Shown piece by piece: positions 29,137-47,098 of a DNA stretch of 64,000 nucleotides (positions within the stretch are counted from its first letter, which is position 1; every line of letters starts with the position of its first letter). The notes beneath the pieces are model-generated. The model searched no databases, was not told the DNA's origin, and saw nothing but the letters and a program-made list of their open reading frames with translations. The DNA lies in the NCBI RefSeq assembly GCF_009914755.1, contig NC_060940.1; one strand, given 5' to 3'. The translations under genes were made by a program, and so were the position numbers. The stretch is from the human T2T-CHM13v2.0 reference genome, Homo sapiens.

Positions 29137-29201
29137 TTATTTATTGATTTGACATTTAGTTCAATTTTAAGAAAAGATGGTTCAAAATGCAAAAGAGATA
29201 A

Positions 29202-29571
<370 letters not shown>

Positions 29572-29572
29572 G

Positions 29573-29885
<313 letters not shown>

Positions 29886-29934
29886 TCCTTCCAGAAATAC
29901 TTAATACATTTACTCAAATGTTAGACTATTGTAC

Positions 29935-30360
29935 TGATATGATTTGGATCTATGTCCCCACCCAAATGTCAGGTTGAATTGTAACCCCCGATGTTGGAGG
30001 TGGGGCCTGGTGGGAGGTGATTGTATCAAGGGAGTGGATTTCTCATGAGTGGTTTAGCACCGTCCCTCTTGGTACTATCCCTGTGATAGTGAGTGAGTTC
30101 TCATGAGATCTGGTCATTTACCAGCGTATAGCACCTCCCCCATCTCTTCTTGCTCCTGCTCCCGCCATGTGACATGCCTGCCCCCTCTTTGCCTTCTGCC
30201 ATGATTGGAAGTTTCCTGAGGCCTCTCCAGAAGCTGAGCAGAGGCCAGCGCCATGCTCCCTGTACAGCCTGCAGAACTGTGAACCAACTAAACCTCTTTT
30301 CTTTATGAATTACTCAGTCTTTAGTATTTCTTTATAGCAATGTCAGAATGGACGAATCCA
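29935..30360 (+). mobile_element. MSTA-type MaLR solo LTR
   Basis: TGATATGATTTGG..atggacgaatcCA with a perfect 5-bp TSD TGTAC. Confidence 0.9.
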
Positions 30361-30369
30361 TGTACATAC

Positions 30370-30880
30370 TGTATTCATTATCTATTGCTATTGCTGCATA
30401 GCAAGTTAGGCCCAAAATTTGGCAGCTTGAAATATGAATAAACCTTTTTTATCTCACAGTTTCTGAGGGGCAGGAATTTGGGAGCAACTCAGCTGGGTGA
30501 TTCTGGCTCAGTGTCACGTGAGGCTGTGGTCAAGCAGTTGGCCAGGGCTGCTGTCATCTGAAGGCTCAACTGGGGCTGGAGGCTCTACTTTCTGGATGGC
30601 TCATTATGTGGCTTTTGGCAGGAGGTCTCAGCTCCTCACCACATAGATGTCTCAATAGGGCTGCTTGAGTGTCCTCACAACATGGCAGCTGGCTTCTGTC
30701 AGGGCAAGTGGTCCAAGACAGGACAGAGTGGAAGCTGCAATATTATTTATGACCTAGCCTTGGAAGACATGTTTCCACTGTATCCTCCTAATTACACAGC
30801 CTTAGTTAATGTGGGAGAGGACAACATTAGGCCCCAAGAGGTGAGAATCATTGTGGGTCATCTGGAGGCTGCCTAGCACA
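30370..30880 (-). mobile_element. MLT1F-type LTR
   Basis: tgtattcattatctattgct..ctcacagtttctgaggggcaggaatttggg..gggtcatctggaggctgcctagcaca. Confidence 0.8.
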
Positions 30881-30957
30881 CACAGTGTCCTGCACCTTGC
30901 CTTTTTTCACTGCACAATAGCATTCAGAATGGTTCTATATCAATATACACAGAATAA

Positions 30958-31293
<336 letters not shown>

Positions 31294-31549
31294 TAAACTG
31301 CATAGTATTCCACTGTGTGGGAACATCATGATGTATTTACCCAGCCCACTATTGATGGACCTTTGGGTTTTTCCTGATCATTTGCTGTTACCATCAGGGC
31401 TGCAGTGACCATCTGATTTGCAGAGGCATTATTTCCCATATCTGATGGGGTGATACTCTGGGATGGACTGGCCTAGTCGAAAGGGGTGGTGCTTTGAAAA
31501 CACAGCTGTGAAGTCTTTGCCACTTCTTGGATTAAGAAGTGGGGTCTAC

Positions 31550-31862
31550 GCCAGGTGTTACACCAACACTTTGGGAGGTCGAGGCAGGTGGGTTGCTTGA
31601 GCTTAGGAGTTTGAGACTAGCCTGGGCCACATGGTGAAGCCCCATCTCTACCAAAAATACAAAAATTAGCTGGTCGTGGTGGCACATACCTGCAGTCCTA
31701 GCTACTCAGGAGGCTGAGGTGGGAGGATCATTTAAACCCAGGAGGCGGAAGTTGCACTGAGCTAAGATCATGTCACTGCACTCCAGCCTGGGTGAGCCAG
31801 ACCCTGTCAAAAAAAAAAAAAAAAAAAGAAGAAAAAAGAAAGAAAGAAAGAAAAAGAAAAAA
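31550..31862 (+). mobile_element. Alu
   Basis: Sense Alu with A/GAAA tail. Confidence 0.92.
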
Positions 31863-32260
31863 GGAAATGGAATCTATATCTCCTCCCCTTGAAACTGAGT
31901 GGGCTTTTGATGAATTCAACCAGGAGAGTATTACAGAAGTAATGCCGTGGGATGTCTGAGACTTGGTCATAAAAGGTCATACAGTTCCATCTTGTTTGCT
32001 GGAAGACTTGTTCTTGGAGCCTTTACCTGCAACTTAAGAGGTCTGACTCCTTCAGGCTGCCATGCTGAAAGGAAGACCAAGACACTTGAAGAGGCCACAT
32101 GTCAGCACATCAGTCACTGTCCCCAGTGATGGTGACACCCACCCTTCAAGTCATGCCAACAAAGCCACCAGACATGTGAGTGAAGTAGTCTCCAGACATT
32201 TTGAGTGACCCCCTCCCCAGCTGAGGCCTTAGTCTTCATGGAACAGAAATAAACCATAAA
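31863..32260 (+). mobile_element. MLT1 (G/H-like) LTR remnant
   Basis: cctccccttgaaactgagtgggc..cagaagtaatgccgtgggatgtctgagacttggtcataaaagg. Confidence 0.6.
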
Positions 32261-32294
32261 AAACTAGAATAAAGGATATGAGCAATTTTTTTTA

Positions 32295-32480
32295 ATGTAT
32301 AGCAAGCATTTATACACTTTAGCTCATTTAATTCTCCCAAGAATCTTGCAGGGCAAGTATTATCAACCCCATTTTACAGAGAAGAGGAACAGAGCTCAGA
32401 GAGGTTCAGCAACTTGCCCAAGGCATCACAGCAGGTGACTGAAAGACCTGGATGCTAACTTGGGTCTTTCTGGCTCCAGA
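32295..32480 (-). mobile_element. MIR
   Basis: ccccattttacagagaag..gctcagagaggttcagcaacttgcccaagg. Confidence 0.75.
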
Positions 32481-33947
32481 CCCACCCTCCTACATGGGTT
32501 GCTTGCTGAAAGAGGGAAACAACTCATTGTGTCGAACTTTCCAGCTCAGCCATAAGAAATTTCTAGACCCAAAGAATACACTGAAATAGATCAGAAGTTC
32601 CATGCCTGGGTCCTCTGGGAGCTATTTTTGGCAAAAACCGCTGGAAAACTGTGCATCCATTCTTCCTGCCAGTGTTGTGTAGGCAGGGAGGAATGTGTAA
32701 ACTCTCCACTGTTGCTGAGAATTCTGTTCATTGAGGATCTCAACTGGCCAGATGGTCTTACAGTTAACTACCCTGCTGGTTAACAAACAAATGAAGCTAT
32801 TACTCCCTTTAGTAGGAGGAGACCTTTCTTTTAAATTTAAATTTACTTTTGCTTTCTGATCCAACTGAGGAACAAGTTAGGAGGAAAGCTTTCTAAACAT
32901 GAAATTCTGCCAGAGCACTTGCCACCGAATGGGTTTCTCCCTACTGGTGATAAGTGGTATTGCAACTCAGCTCTATTAGACAAAAGGGAGGTGAGAGACA
33001 CATGTACATGGGGCAATCTCTGGAGCTGGAGACAATTTCAAGGGAAGGCTCAACTAAGAGACAGTGTCACAGAATGATTACACTTGAGTCTCAGGAGTCA
33101 CAGGATCTGGGTTCAAATCCCTGCCTTGGTGCATGTCCATTAGGGTCCACTCAGGGAAACAGAAACCACATCAGGTATTTCAAACAGAGGGAAATGGATA
33201 CATGAATGATGAGACTACCAGAGATGAGCATCAGCAGGAAGCCAGTACCACCCGGAGTGCAAGAGGGAAAACCGGAGGACCCCGTATTACCAGAGCCCAG
33301 GAGCTGGGGCCATCTGAAATGCAGGAATGGCAACTGAACCATTCCAAAGGCTAGACTTTGCCAGGGATGCTGGAGCCACAAAGAAGTCCCTGCTGCTGCA
33401 AATATGCCACTTGAAGCAGAGAGAGGGAGAAATACCATGTTTATCCCTTCCTCTCACTCTTCAGCCTCCCGCCAGGCTTCCCATTTGTTTAACTCAGTAG
33501 AGAGTCAATTGGCAAGGAGGCCTAGGATATGTTGCTTCTCACCATACAGAGTTGAGCAAGAGGACAGATATGAAAGCAAAGAGGCAAATGCAGCCTCTCT
33601 CTGTAAATGCAACATTGAGCAAGAGCCTTAGACCGAGTGACTTCCTGCTCTGGGCCTCAACTTCCTCCTCTGCAAAATGGGGATAACATCCTATCTTGGA
33701 CCGGACCCATCATGATGACAGTCAAGAGAGATAATCCAGAGAAGGCTGCCAGTACCCAGGCTGACACGGGGTAACAAGCACTACAGACTTGGTGGGGCTG
33801 TTGGTGGAACATCCCCAGCCCCCCAGAAGTCACCAGTGCTGCCCACTGGGGGATATTTTCCATAGGACCCTTCTTAGATTTTAATACAGGAGGGAGCAGG
33901 AATGGGGGAATTAGCTTTGAAGTAATGTCCCCTTGCCTGTCACTGCC

Positions 33948-34575
<628 letters not shown>

Positions 34576-34810
34576 AGGGGCTGCAGGATGAGAGTCGGAT
34601 TCTCCATCTATGCTTCTCATATAGAGCTCCAGAAGGTCCTTTTGAGAAATCCCCAAACCACAACCTGCTGGGCCCTGTGTCAGGGCAGAGTCGGGGCCGG
34701 GGTCCAGGTGGGCTGAGGTTTTTCAACTCGAGACTAAGCTCCTTCTGCTGGGTGTGTGACCTTGGCAGCCCATGAGACCCCTTCTTCTGTGCTTCAGTTT
34801 CTGTTCGGTG

Positions 34811-35132
34811 TTTTGTTTTGTTTTGTTTTGTTTTGTTTTGTTTTGTTTTGTTTTTGAGATAGGATTTCATTCTGTTGCCCAGGCTGGAGTGCAGTGGCAC
34901 AATCATAACTCACTGCAGCCTTGACCTCCTGGGCTCAAGCCATCCTTTTGCCTCAGCCTCCTGAGTAGCTGGGACTAAGGGTGCACAACAGCTAATTTTA
35001 AAAATTATTTTTAGTAGAGACGGAGTCTCACTATGTTGCCCAGGCTGGTCTCCAACTCCTGGGCTCAGGTGATCCTCCCACCTCAGACTGACAAAGTGCT
35101 GGGATTACAGGCATAAGCCACCGTGCCCTGCC
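34811..35132 (-). mobile_element. Alu (J-type) with (TTTTG)n tail
   Basis: Antisense Alu splitting a MIR. Confidence 0.92.
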
Positions 35133-35399
35133 TGTGCCTTGGTAAATGGGGGTAAAATGGGGGGTAATCACTGGACTTCCTAGGATGGTTGTGATGTGAG
35201 TGCTTGGCCCAGGGCTTGGGGTGGTGGAAGGCATTAGCCACCTATTATTATCAACTCTGGCTATTTATGTTGCTATTTTCTCTCATCATTATATTTACTT
35301 CATCTAAAGAAGTGACAGTGGCCCTCAAGAGGAGGATGAAAATCAGCAGGGCTGGCCGTACGGAGTGTTGTTCAGGATGGGGAAGCCCAGCGACTCTCA

Positions 35400-36305
<906 letters not shown>

Positions 36306-36310
36306 AACAC

Positions 36311-36600
36311 TTTTTTATGACACAGAGTCTCCCTCTGTCACCCAGACTGGAATGCAGTGGCACCATCGTAGGCCACTGCAGCCTCAAACTCCTGTGCTCA
36401 AACGATCCTCCAACCTCAGCCTCCCTGGTAGCTGGGACTACAGGCATGCACCACCATACCTGGTTAATTTTTGTATTTTTAGTAGAAACAGGGTCTTGCT
36501 ATATTACCCAGGTTGGTCTGAAACTCCTAGACTCAAGCGACCCTCCTGCCTTGGCCTCCCAAAGTGCTGGGATTACAGGCATGAGCCCCTGTACCCAGCC
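36311..36600 (-). mobile_element. Alu (J-type)
   Basis: TSD gataaacacttttt. Confidence 0.93.
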
Positions 36601-36820
36601 GATAAACACTTTTTGAAGTCCTTTTTTTTTTTTTTAAAGTAATGAATGGATTGTAGGAATCATGGTAATAAAAGACTGATTCATGCTACATAAAGTGGAT
36701 GAACTTGAAAATATGTTGAGTGAAAGAAGTCAGACACAAAAGGCCACTTACTGTATGATTCCATTTATATGAAATGTCCAGAATAGGCAAATCCACAGAA
36801 GAAGAAAGTGGATTAGGGTT

Positions 36821-37458
<638 letters not shown>

Positions 37459-37582
37459 CTATGAATATGGGGTTGTATTTTAGGGTGGGGAAAACATTCT
37501 GGAACTAGACTGATGGTTATATAACACTGTGAACGTACTAAATGCTACCTAACTGTACTTTAAATTGGTGATTTTTATGTGA

Positions 37583-37904
<322 letters not shown>

Positions 37905-37930
37905 TGCCACCATTTGTTTTAAAGTAATTA

Positions 37931-38293
<363 letters not shown>

Positions 38294-39004
38294 TCACAGT
38301 ATGCCTACATGTGGTGCCCTATTTTCTCTGTTTTGCAGGTGGGGAAGCTGAGGCCCAGAGAGGTGAGTGGCATGTCCGAAGCAGCCCAGCGCAGGGTGCG
38401 AGGTAGGCAGGGCTGGGCCCCCGGGCCTTCCCTGTGAACCATCTGCCCGCCGGTTGCAGGAGGCAGTTCCTGGAAAGCAAGCGGGCCGAGTTCCTCACAG
38501 AGATCAGAAGAGCAACAAGATCTCCAGGCCAGGGCAGAGGTCCCCGCCCTGGATGCTGGTGACACTTCCCCTGGGCGGGAGGGGCTGGGAGCATGCAGAT
38601 CTCAGCCCTGAACAGCCTGTCCTCTCGCCTCGAGGTTCTTGGTAGGCTGGGAACAGCCTGTCCTGCTGAGCTTCCTGTCACCTCTCTAGCTGCCCACACG
38701 CCGCACAGCTGCCACCGCCGGCCCTGGCCCGGGAGAGGGGGGTCTCTGGGGATCTTAGCAGGCCATGGTGGGGGTGTCTTGGGGCCAGCCTGAACTGAAA
38801 GACCATCACAGCTTGCAAGCCACCTCCCTGCTCTGTTGCTGGCTCTCCTTGAAGACAAGTGTTTTTCAATTAACCAAAGCGGTGCATGGCAATGTGATAG
38901 GGGAATGAAACACAGCAGCAGAGTCAATGCCCCACGCTGGGCAATAGCCGACTTTCTGTTCGCTCCCATCCCTTCCTTCCCTCCCCGCCTCCTTCCCCTG
39001 CTCC

Positions 39005-39120
39005 TTCCATTCCACAAACATTTATTGAGCACCCGCTGTGTGCCAGCCACTGTTCTAGGCCCTGAAGACACAGAAGTGAACAAAAAAAAGAGTCCCTGTG
39101 CACATCCTGGAGGGACTTTC
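39005..39120 (-). mobile_element. L2 3' end
   Basis: caaacatttattgagcacccgctgtgtgccagccactgttctaggc. Confidence 0.8.
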
Positions 39121-39167
39121 CCCGTGTGTGTGTGTGTGTGTGTGTCTATACAGTGTATGGAGACAGT

Positions 39168-39390
39168 GGATAATAAAAGCTGTTTATCAGGCACTTTCTC
39201 TGAGCTGTTCCATGTGCTTCACTTATACTCATTCAGCTAATCCTCAGGACACCCCCGTGAAGTCAGTGATATTAGTCACAGAGGCCCAGAGAAGTGAAGT
39301 GACTTGCCCAAGGTCACACAGCCAGCAAGAGGCCAAGCCCGGATTGAACCCCAGCCGCCTGGCTCTGGAGCCTGCAGCATAACCACAGCA
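39168..39390 (-). mobile_element. MIR
   Basis: gaggcccagagaagtgaagtgacttgcccaaggtcacacagc. Confidence 0.85.
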
Positions 39391-40609
39391 GGGAACTGCC
39401 ACCGGAGACAGACATCAACAGCCACTAGGAGATGTTAACCAACAGGCTTGTCTTCACGGCACGGCCCCCGCTTCACCAGCTGCACTGTTTGATGAGCTTT
39501 GCAGGTCCCAGATCTTATAAGCTCATGGTGATTGATCCAAATGATGCAGAGGTCGGCCTAAAGTTAGAAGTGGGCCCCTCTCTGCCCCAAGACAGCCCTT
39601 CACCCCAATTCCATTCCCACAGTTTGGGCATCCACCCAGGCTGCCAAGCCAAGCGGGGGCTGCCCGGGTTAGCAGGGACCTGGCCATGGGCCTCCTCAGC
39701 TAGGGGCCGCCTCTCTGAGGAGTGGGTGTCCCGCCCCTCCGTGGGCCGCCTGGTTTCTCTTATTGGCAGCGTCTGTAGTCCCCTGGCTCTGTCACCCGCA
39801 GCTATTCTAGGCCTCTGGTTCCTTTCACTTTCTGCTCTGCGTCTTCCTGCCTCGGTGGTTCCCCACCATCCAGCCTGAGACCTCCCCGTTGCCCGCCCTG
39901 GGTTTCTGTCTGCTCCTCTCCGTGGTGGCCGGCCCTGGCTCTGCCCCAAAGCCATGGAGAAGGCCAAATGCAGGCTGTAGAAAGGTCTGGGATCAGATCC
40001 CCCCATCCTTCCATGGCCACGTGACCGGGCCCGCCTCTTCCCTCTGAGCCTCACATCCTCATCTGAAGAGGGAATGCTGCTCATGCCCACCTTGCGGGGA
40101 TGTGGGGAGGGGGTGCTGCCAGTGGAGACTCCCAGGGGACCCTCCAGGAGTCTCATCCTGACTCGAGACTGGGCACCTGGTGGGGGCACAGGCCCCCTCT
40201 CCCGCCATGGGACCGCCACATCCAGGCTCTCGTGGGTTGAGATGCTGAGGAAAGGAAAGAACAAAACCTGCTGGAGGAGCAGCCAACACGGCCCTCAGCT
40301 GGGTGACCTTGGGCAAGTCACTTCCCCTCTCTGGGCCTCAGTTTCCATATCTGTGAATGAGGCAGCTGGACTGAAGAATAGAGAGTCACAAAGCAGAGTG
40401 ACACAAACTGGGCTACAGGAAACCCTGGAGGCCCTCGACCCAGGCTGGGGCCGGGGATGGTTCTGCAAAGCCTCTTGGGAGAGGGTTGCCTGAGCTGAGT
40501 CTCCAAACAGAACAGTGGCCTTAAGTCACGGGAGATGAGCCAGAGCAGTCCAGAGGGCACGGTCAGCACATGCTAAGGTCCTGGGGCACAGAGTACAGGG
40601 CTTGAGAAG

Positions 40610-40960
40610 GGTTCCTCTTGCTCCATGTGACTTTCATCATCCAACAGCCTGTGGTGGCACTTGCCTGTATCCCAGCTATCTAGGAGGCTGAGGTGGGAGG
40701 ATTGCTTGAGTCTGAGAGGTCGGGCTTGTTCTCCCGGTGTTGGCAGAGTCCAGAGGGAGCAAGTGGAAGCCACAGGTGTCTTGAGGCCTAGGCTGAGATC
40801 TAGCACATCACCGAGTCACTTCATCCCTTCATTTCATCCTATTGGCCAAAGCAGCCCAATTCTAGGGATGGGGATCTAGACTCAACTTCTTGATGGGAGA
40901 AGTAGCAAAGTCACACTGCCAAGGGCAGGGACACAGGGAGGGATGAAGAGTTAGGAATGG
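40610..40960 (-). mobile_element. MLT1H-like LTR containing a 73-bp Alu fragment (40650-40722)
   Basis: gtcttgaggcctaggct..ctattggccaaagc..cttgatgggagaagtagcaaagtcaca. Confidence 0.75.
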
Positions 40961-41278
40961 TTTTTCTTTTTCTTTTCTTTCTTTCTTTCTTTTTTTTTTT
41001 TTTTGAGACAGTCTTGCTTTGTCACCCAGGCTAGAGTGCATTGTCGTAAGCTCACTGCAACCTCCACCTCCCGGGTTCAATCTATTCTCCTTCCTCAGCC
41101 TCCCAAGTAGCTGGGACTACGGGTGCCTGCCACCACGCCTGGCTAATTTTTGTATTTTTAGTAGAGGCAGGGTTTCACCATGTTGGCCAGGCTGGTCTCG
41201 AACTTCTGTCTTCAAATGAATTGCTCACCACAGCCTTCCAAAGTGTTGAGATTACAGGCGTGAGCCACTGCGCCTGGC
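40961..41278 (-). mobile_element. Alu (S-type)
   Basis: TSD tggtttttc. Confidence 0.93.
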
Positions 41279-41342
41279 AGGGCTGGTTTTTCAATCACTC
41301 TGATGAACTCCCCAACAATCATCCCTTGTCAATTAAGTTCCA

Positions 41343-41974
<632 letters not shown>

Positions 41975-42220
41975 TGACTTTCAACAATGGGCAGGTAACT
42001 CAATTCTGGCCAATGAGACATGAAGAAAGCTTTCCTTGCTCCTAAGGGAAGCCCCAGGGAGAGACATGGTTTCTGTTCTTCCTGATGTGGTGCCTGAAAC
42101 TTCACTGGCCCTCTTAGGACTGACCTCAGATAAAACCAACAGCGAGATATCAGCTGAAAGATGGAAGGAAAATGAACTTGGATTTCCTATTGAACAAGAT
42201 ATTACATGTCCAGATTCTTC

Positions 42221-42384
42221 CTTTTTTTTTTTTTTAAGAGATGGGGTCTTGTTCTATCACCCAGGCTGGAGTGCAGTGGTGTGATCATAGCTCACTATAG
42301 CCTCGATCTCCTGTCCTCAAGTAATCCTCCCACTCTGGCCTCCCAAAGCACTAGGATTACAGATGTGAGCCACCACACCTGGCC
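42221..42384 (-). mobile_element. FRAM-like Alu monomer
   Basis: Single ~165-bp right-arm-type monomer. Confidence 0.8.
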
Positions 42385-42399
42385 CATTTCCAGATCCTT

Positions 42400-42539
42400 T
42401 TTAAAAAAATATTTTTTAAAGTAGAGACACGGTCTCACTATGTTGCCTAGGCTGGTCTTGAACTCCTGGCCTCAACGATCCTCCTGCCTAAACCTCCCAA
42501 AGTGCTGGGATTACAGGTGTGAGCCGCACATGCTTGGCC
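42400..42539 (-). mobile_element. FLAM-like Alu monomer
   Basis: Single ~135-bp left-arm-type monomer. Confidence 0.8.
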
Positions 42540-43184
42540 CATTTCCAGATTCTTTAAGCCGGTTTACATCAGGATTCCTTTTACTTGACCCCGAAGACAT
42601 CCTTAATGATGCCTCTGGTTATTTTGGTCTTTGTGAGCCGTGTCTGCCTGACTGTGCCAGGTCAGAGCTTGAGAGCTCCAGGCTTTTCTCCCAATGATGT
42701 TGGAGGGTCCCAGGTGCAGCCCCAAGCTTCTGCCCTTCATATACAGGGACCTCCCGTCTGCCCACTGTACCAAGGCCTCTCAGCCCCCACGGCCAAACCA
42801 GCAGTCACGATCCTGGATTCAGGAGACAGACCTGGGTTCTGGTGAATTGGACTCCACCCTTTGTCACTGTGCAACATCAGGTAAGTCTTCTAACCTCTCT
42901 TAGCCGTAGGTGGCTCTTCCACAAAACGAAGTAGTCAAACCTACATTTGCATGGTTCATACTTCATGACAGCACATTGAAAATGTTGAAAAATCTCTCTC
43001 TGGCAATTAAAATTTGCATCTCTGGGTTTTCATGGTTTCCAATGTGCTTCTTAGTCTCTCAATAATAACAACAGCAGCAACAGTAATAGTAACAGCCAGC
43101 AATTAGGGAGCACCTGCTCCGCGCCAGGCACACTGCAGATGGTCGTGCATGCACCATCTCATTTAAAATCTTCTGTGCTCAGGA

Positions 43185-44055
<871 letters not shown>

Positions 44056-44594
44056 ATGTATATGCCCCTATAGGATAAATGCCAGTGTTATTCCCATTTT
44101 TCAGCTGCGACGCAAGAGCTCAAGAAGTGAACTGGCTCCCATTGGCACGGCAGAAGGAGCCGTGGTGGGACTCTGATGTGGAGCCGCCTTGAGCTGCAGA
44201 GCCAGGACTCTGCACAGCACCTGCCTTGGCCCTTTTAAGGTCTCTGCTTCTGGATCTGCCAGGTAAGGCCTGATCCTGGGCCAGATGCCAGAGGGCCCTT
44301 CCTGTTGGCATCTCTGCAAAGCCTCATGTGTTGTCTGATGGCAACATCATACTGGGAGAGCCCTGGAGGCCTGGAGCAGGACCAAGGGACAGTCAAGTGG
44401 ACAAAGGCCTTTCTGAGGAGGAAGCAGGTGAGAGGAAGGAGTCCTGAGTGGCAGGACCAGCCCTGGGAAGGACAGTGTCCTTCACAGCTCAGAGGTCAGA
44501 GTTGAATCAGGCCCACAAACCCTCCCTGAGCCTCTGCTCTGGGCTCCTCATGGATAGGCCTAAGAGCCAGGGGTGATTCAGACTTAGGTATTAA

Positions 44595-45054
<460 letters not shown>

Positions 45055-45129
45055 TGAAGGAATTGTCCCAAGGTCATTTGGCTAGAAAGAAGCACATCGA
45101 GTTGGATGACAATGATAATAATAATGTGA

Positions 45130-45308
45130 CTCCCGAGTAGCTGGGACTACAGGCACCCACCATCACGTCCGGCTAATTTTTTGTATTTTTAGTACAGGTG
45201 GGGTTTCACCGTGTTAGCCAAGATGGTCTCAATCTCCTGACCTCGTGATCCCCCTGCCTCGGCCTCCCAAAGTGCTGGGATTACAGGCGTGAGCCATTGT
45301 GCCCAGCC
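45130..45308 (-). mobile_element. 3'-truncated AluY
   Basis: Y diagnostics (accgtgttagcca.gatggtctc); lacks about 110 bp of 3' end and the tail. Confidence 0.88.
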
Positions 45309-46055
45309 TCTAGTTCTTTCTTATTCTCTTATTCTGAGTGTTCCTTTTCACAGCATCTTATTCTTCTTATATGAATGCAATATATTTTATTTCTCTGAAG
45401 CTTCCTTATTTTCTCGAAGACTTTTGTTTCTCCCCACCTGGCTCTGTTTTTTTGGAGTTTTTTTCCTCTCTTGGTTTCGGTCTTTGACTTTCATTTTACA
45501 AGCTGCCCTCAAGGTTTCAGTGACCCTCCATTGCACGTTCGTATTGAAGAGCAGGGAACTGAAAAAGATACTGGGAAATGAAGACCCTTGGAAGCTCCGT
45601 GTCTGTGGCAGGACGTGTGGACAGGGGAGGCTTGTTGGGATCTGGCTGTCCTTGTAAGATCCCAAAGCCAGCATCGGAAGCGTCGTCTGAGAGGATCCCT
45701 GTGACCTCCTGACTGCAGAGAAAGCAGGCTGCCAGCTTCCAGGAAGCAAGCAGGGGGATGGGGCCAGGGGCGTCTCCCTGACAGGCACGTGGCCTTTCCC
45801 TTCCCTCCTTGTTTCAGGACTGACCCACCCCAATTCACTTTGCTGTCCTCAAACTCTAAGCCTCCAGCACAGGTTTTATTTAGATAGTATATTTATGATG
45901 GGTGTTGATAAAGATTGGAGGGTAAATGGCCTCCCAACTTACCCCTTGGCACCCCTCGGATGCCAGGTGGTAGGGTGTGAAAATGAACCAGACCTGCTGG
46001 TTGAAGACCTGCTAATTATTGAGCAACTACTATGTGTCAGGCGCTGAATCTAAAT

Positions 46056-46247
46056 CAGGGTTTTGCCATGCAGGGAACATCTGGGCATGTCTGGAGACAT
46101 TTTCAGTGTTACAAATCGCTGTAGGGGTGGGTACTACTGGTATCTAGTGGGTAGAGGCCAGGGATGCCACTAAGCGTCCTAAAGTGCACAGTGCAGCCTC
46201 CCATACCAGGCTCTGAATGTGAATAGAGCCAAGGTCAAGAAACCCTG
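46056..46247. mobile_element. MER20 (hAT-Charlie)
   Basis: atgtctggagacatttt..ctactggtatctagtgggtagaggccagggatgc..aagaaaccctg. Confidence 0.85.
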
Positions 46248-46311
46248 CTCTAGAAAGATGAAAGACACATTCCCTGACTTCACAGGACAGGAGTAAAGAA
46301 TTTCTGGTTCC

Positions 46312-46606
46312 AGCCAGGCACACTGGCTCACGCCCATAATCCCAGCACTTTGGGAGGCTGAGGTGGGCAGATCGTTTGAGGTCAGGAGTTCAAGACCAGC
46401 CTGGTCAACATAAATGAAACCCCATCTCTACTAAAAATGCCCCCCAAAAAAACAAAAATATTAGCTGGGTGTGGTGGCACATGCCTGTAATCCCAACTAC
46501 TTGGGAGGCTGAGGCAGGAGAATCACTTGAACCTGGGAGATGGAGGTGGAAGTGAGCCAAGATCATTCCATGAACTCCAGCCTGGGTGACAGAGCGAGAC
46601 TCTGCT
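46312..46606 (+). mobile_element. Alu (S-type)
   Basis: Sense Alu followed by an expanded purine tail. Confidence 0.93.
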
Positions 46607-46875
46607 GAGAGAGAGAGAGAAGGAAGAAGAAAAAGTAAAAGAAGAAGAAGGAGGAGGAGGAGGAGGAGGAGGAGGAGGAGGGGGAGGGGGAAGGAGGAGG
46701 GGGAGGGGGGAGGAGGAGGGGGGAGGGGGGAGGAGGAGGGGGAGGGGGAGGGGGAGGGAGAGAAGAAGAAGAAGAAGAAGAGTAAAGAAGGAAGGAAGAA
46801 AAGAGAAAGAAAAGAAAGAAAGAAAAAAGAAAGAAAAAAAGAAAGAAAGAAAGAAAAAGAAAGAAAAAAAGAAAG
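46607..46875. repeat. Polypurine tract (GA/GGA/GGGGGA/GAA/GAAA)
   Basis: About 270 bp, nearly all A/G. Confidence 0.92.
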
Positions 46876-46945
46876 ACCCTGCTCTAGCAAGATGAAAGAC
46901 ACATTCCCTGGCTTCATAGGAAAGGGGCAAATAATTTCTAGTTCT

Positions 46946-47098
46946 GGCCAGGCACAGTGGCTCGCACCTGTAATCCCAGCACTTTGGGAGGATGAGGTGG
47001 GAGGATGCCTTGAACCCAGGAGTCTGAGACCAGCCTGGGCAACATATCAAGACCTTGTCTCTACCAAAAAAAGAAGAGAAAAGAAAAGAGAAAAAAAA
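46946..47098 (+). mobile_element. FLAM-like Alu monomer
   Basis: TSD aaataatttctag.tc at 46929 and 47096. Confidence 0.85.

Larger units (their letters stand above)
41985..42610 (+). mobile_element. LTR16-like remnant split by two Alu monomers
   Basis: gggcaggtaactcaattctggccaatgagacatgaag..agctgaaagatggaaggaa. Confidence 0.5.

Noticed and set aside
38319-40264. 291-aa and 249-aa minus-strand ORFs
   Set aside because: No domain similarity or exon structure; partly MIR, L2 and (CA)n derived
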